DNA of 64,000 bases, taken from positions 7,254,001 through 7,318,000 of the forward strand of contig CM068751.1 of assembly GCA_035084275.1 (NCBI GenBank), in the 5' to 3' direction. A program made the position numbers and the translations under genes. Below, one piece after another: positions 63,151 through 64,000 of the stretch (within the stretch, counting starts at the first letter, position 1; each line of letters begins with the position of its first letter). This stretch comes from Hydrolagus colliei. Lineage: Eukaryota. Below the pieces are notes generated by a model. The model saw only the letters and a list, made by a program, of their open reading frames with translations. It had not been told where the DNA came from and did no database searches.

Positions 63151-64000
63151 GGAACAATCCAAGAACGTTTCAAAGTTTTGGAAAAGGAAGTACTAGAAGT
63201 TATTTTTGGTCCAAAGAGTGCTTGCACATGCTTTACATTAGCTCAACACATAAAATGTCACTTCAAAGATCACTTTGTGCCTAAAGCACTGATGGAATCA
63301 AACATGTACAATGGACAATATCCTTCTGCTTTGTTATAGGCTTTAACCCTGTTCTTCATGTCTCAGGAGAAGGGACATTGTGGCATGTATACACAAAATA
63401 ATCTCCACAAAATACTTCTGAGTTTTGGGGGGAAAAAACGTGTTACCTCAAGAATACTAGATTACATTCTTGCGACACAGTCAAGTAAAATAAACCAGCT
63501 AATTGTTAAACTGTCCTGAAATTCAGAAGAAGGAAAGAATGAGCCCAGACAATATACAGACATGCCTCCCACATACCATGAGCCAAACAGAAAACCCAGT
63601 CTGGTGTTTTTAGCAGGGAAATCTGTTTATTTTAACACAGTGAAATCTATTAGTTCAGGCCACATGGCTGGGCCTGAAAATATAATCACTGGAGAGATTC
63701 TGTTACTTCAAGACATTATGCTAAACTTGGTTGGCTGAAATATTGCTGCTTTAGTGAGACTTTTAATATAAAATCCTTGTATAATGGTGATAAACATTTA
63801 AACGAGCGCTCCAAAAATAATTCCTAGTTGCTTATATATCGCTCTTTTTTTTTAAAGAGGCTGACTATCTTTTAAAATTACATTTTTAATTTATTTTTCT
63901 TGGCACCTGAAGTGACTGTGTTGGGAAAGCTGCTTGGCAGTACTTGTTTGAGCCAAAGCGACCAGAAACATGATGTTTGATCCCTGGAATATGCTGTGTT

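Overview
AT-rich, repeat-dense vertebrate non-coding DNA (large intron or gene desert). I could not recognise any protein-coding exon, rRNA, true tRNA gene, miRNA or CRISPR array. The repeat content is a ~300-bp tRNA-headed SINE with a Deu-like middle and an L2-type (ATT)n tail in more than 20 copies, two L2 LINE subfamilies with (GTT)n tails, CR1 3' remnants, older DeuSINE and LF-SINE-like relics, and short Penelope-type terminal fragments. This points to a cartilaginous fish, most plausibly elephant shark/chimaera (inference from remembered repeat consensuses, not a search). Almost all ORFs in the track are chance ORFs or LINE/SINE read-throughs. I found no convincing new multi-gene system. 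The best candidates for a second look are: (i) two ~95-135 bp insertions that each begin at a degenerate minimal hammerhead-ribozyme motif and are each flanked by their own target-site duplication, suggesting a tiny HHR-bearing non-autonomous retroelement; (ii) a young L2 fragment nested in a SINE with a readable junction signature; (iii) several short direct repeats 120-700 bp apart in otherwise unique DNA; (iv) a few CNE-, promoter- and exon-like candidates that only comparative or expression data can test.
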